Source: Aplysia californica
Taxonomy: Eukaryota
Direction of reading: 5' to 3'
DNA: 33,350 bases
NCBI RefSeq assembly: GCF_000002075.1
Contig: NW_004797387.1
Coordinates: 59,296 to 92,645 of the forward strand
In this document: piece by piece, positions 32,313 to 33,350 of the stretch
Position numbering within the stretch: the first letter of the stretch is position 1
How the letters are laid out: each line of letters opens with the position of its first letter
The notes under the pieces: model-generated
Told to the model about the DNA's origin: nothing
What the model saw: the letters and a program-made list of their open reading frames with translations, nothing else
Databases searched by the model: none
Position numbers and translations under genes: made by a program

Positions 32313-33350
32313 AAACTGTTTTTATGGTCACCCTGTGAAACAAAAGGATAGAGGAAGGAAATTTAGCAGAGTGGAACTCTGAACTTAACTGTTTAATGCG
32401 TAAAGCATGTTGACGACCCAATATCATTTTTTTCTTTCGAATTAGATATAGTTTATATTATATTTTACTTGTCCTGAATTTTCAATCAGTTAAACATAGA
32501 GTTCAATATTTACTACCAATTACACACAGAGTTCATAATGTTGGCTCTTTATTCAGTCATCAACTTTTATTTATTATTAGCGTAGTGCAAATGCTTTGTG
32601 ATTACAAATTTTCCTTGATATGTTTTATTTTCACCGCTGCATACTCCAGTTGGTATGTTACCAGTTTTTTCCAATATTTTCATTTTTCTTGTATCATCAT
32701 CACCTAATGCAATCAGTGTTCTGTGATGGTTCAGTTTGATGTGTCAAGATGGTTTAGTTTCATTTGTCGGTGTGCTTCATTGTTATTATGTTATTCTGGT
32801 GTGTAGATTTATATAAATTATACATGCGGTACTTTTGTTGTGTCTAGTCGCCCAGTAGCTCTGGCTGCTGTGTGTGTCCTAGTGTAGTGATCTACAGTTT
32901 GTCTTGACTAATGTAAAGCTGTAAAGACAAAACCCGTTTATTTTTTATCTTTTTATTAACTATTATTGCTCTTTGGATGAACTTTTGAGGCTCTGCAGTG
33001 TTGTACTTTCATGCTCTCTTTCTCCACTTCGTTTATTCTACTTCTCATCTCTTCCTCCTCCTCTATGTGTATCAAGTTCTGTATCAATGGTCAGCTCCTT
33101 TGTATCCTGTGACATTAGTTGACACTCCTACTTTTGTCGATTGGTTCAGGTTGACGTGTCAAATGACCTTTGTTGTGTCGATGTGCTTCTCTTTACCCGA
33201 AATTACCCCCATTCCTTAAAAAGAAGAAAGAACAAAGAAGTCCAGGCATTTTGCTCTTTGACGCACCACATCACACCTCCTAAGGTCCAACTTACACACA
33301 CACAAAAAGGTCCCACTACAGTGATAGTTTGGTAACCCTCTACACCCCCC

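Overview
Eukaryotic (metazoan, probably invertebrate; gastropod/mollusc is only a guess from repeat style) genomic scaffold with six N-gaps. Positions ~1.7-23.2 kb hold one intron-rich + strand gene that I assembled by hand from 18 GT-AG exons. All intron phases match, giving an uninterrupted frame of ~1,456 aa (5'-incomplete, 3' end ambiguous). The protein has 7 C2H2 zinc fingers in a 2+1+2+2 layout, an E/K/R-rich coiled coil, several (A/E/Q)xDLS-type CtBP-like motifs, SUMO consensus sites and an internal SRRKALKPQRI segment resembling the SALL/FOG/BCL11 NuRD-binding motif, so it is probably a transcriptional repressor. I do not recognise a named orthologue. Introns and the downstream ~10 kb carry two TA-flanked MITE families, a CORE-type tRNA SINE with a triplicated B box, two families of short retroposon-like repeats, L2-like and hAT-like remnants, and mini-/microsatellites. 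The most unusual pattern is that several 3' splice sites have been multiplied by tandem or ectopic duplication, and every extra copy I could translate leads quickly to a premature stop codon.
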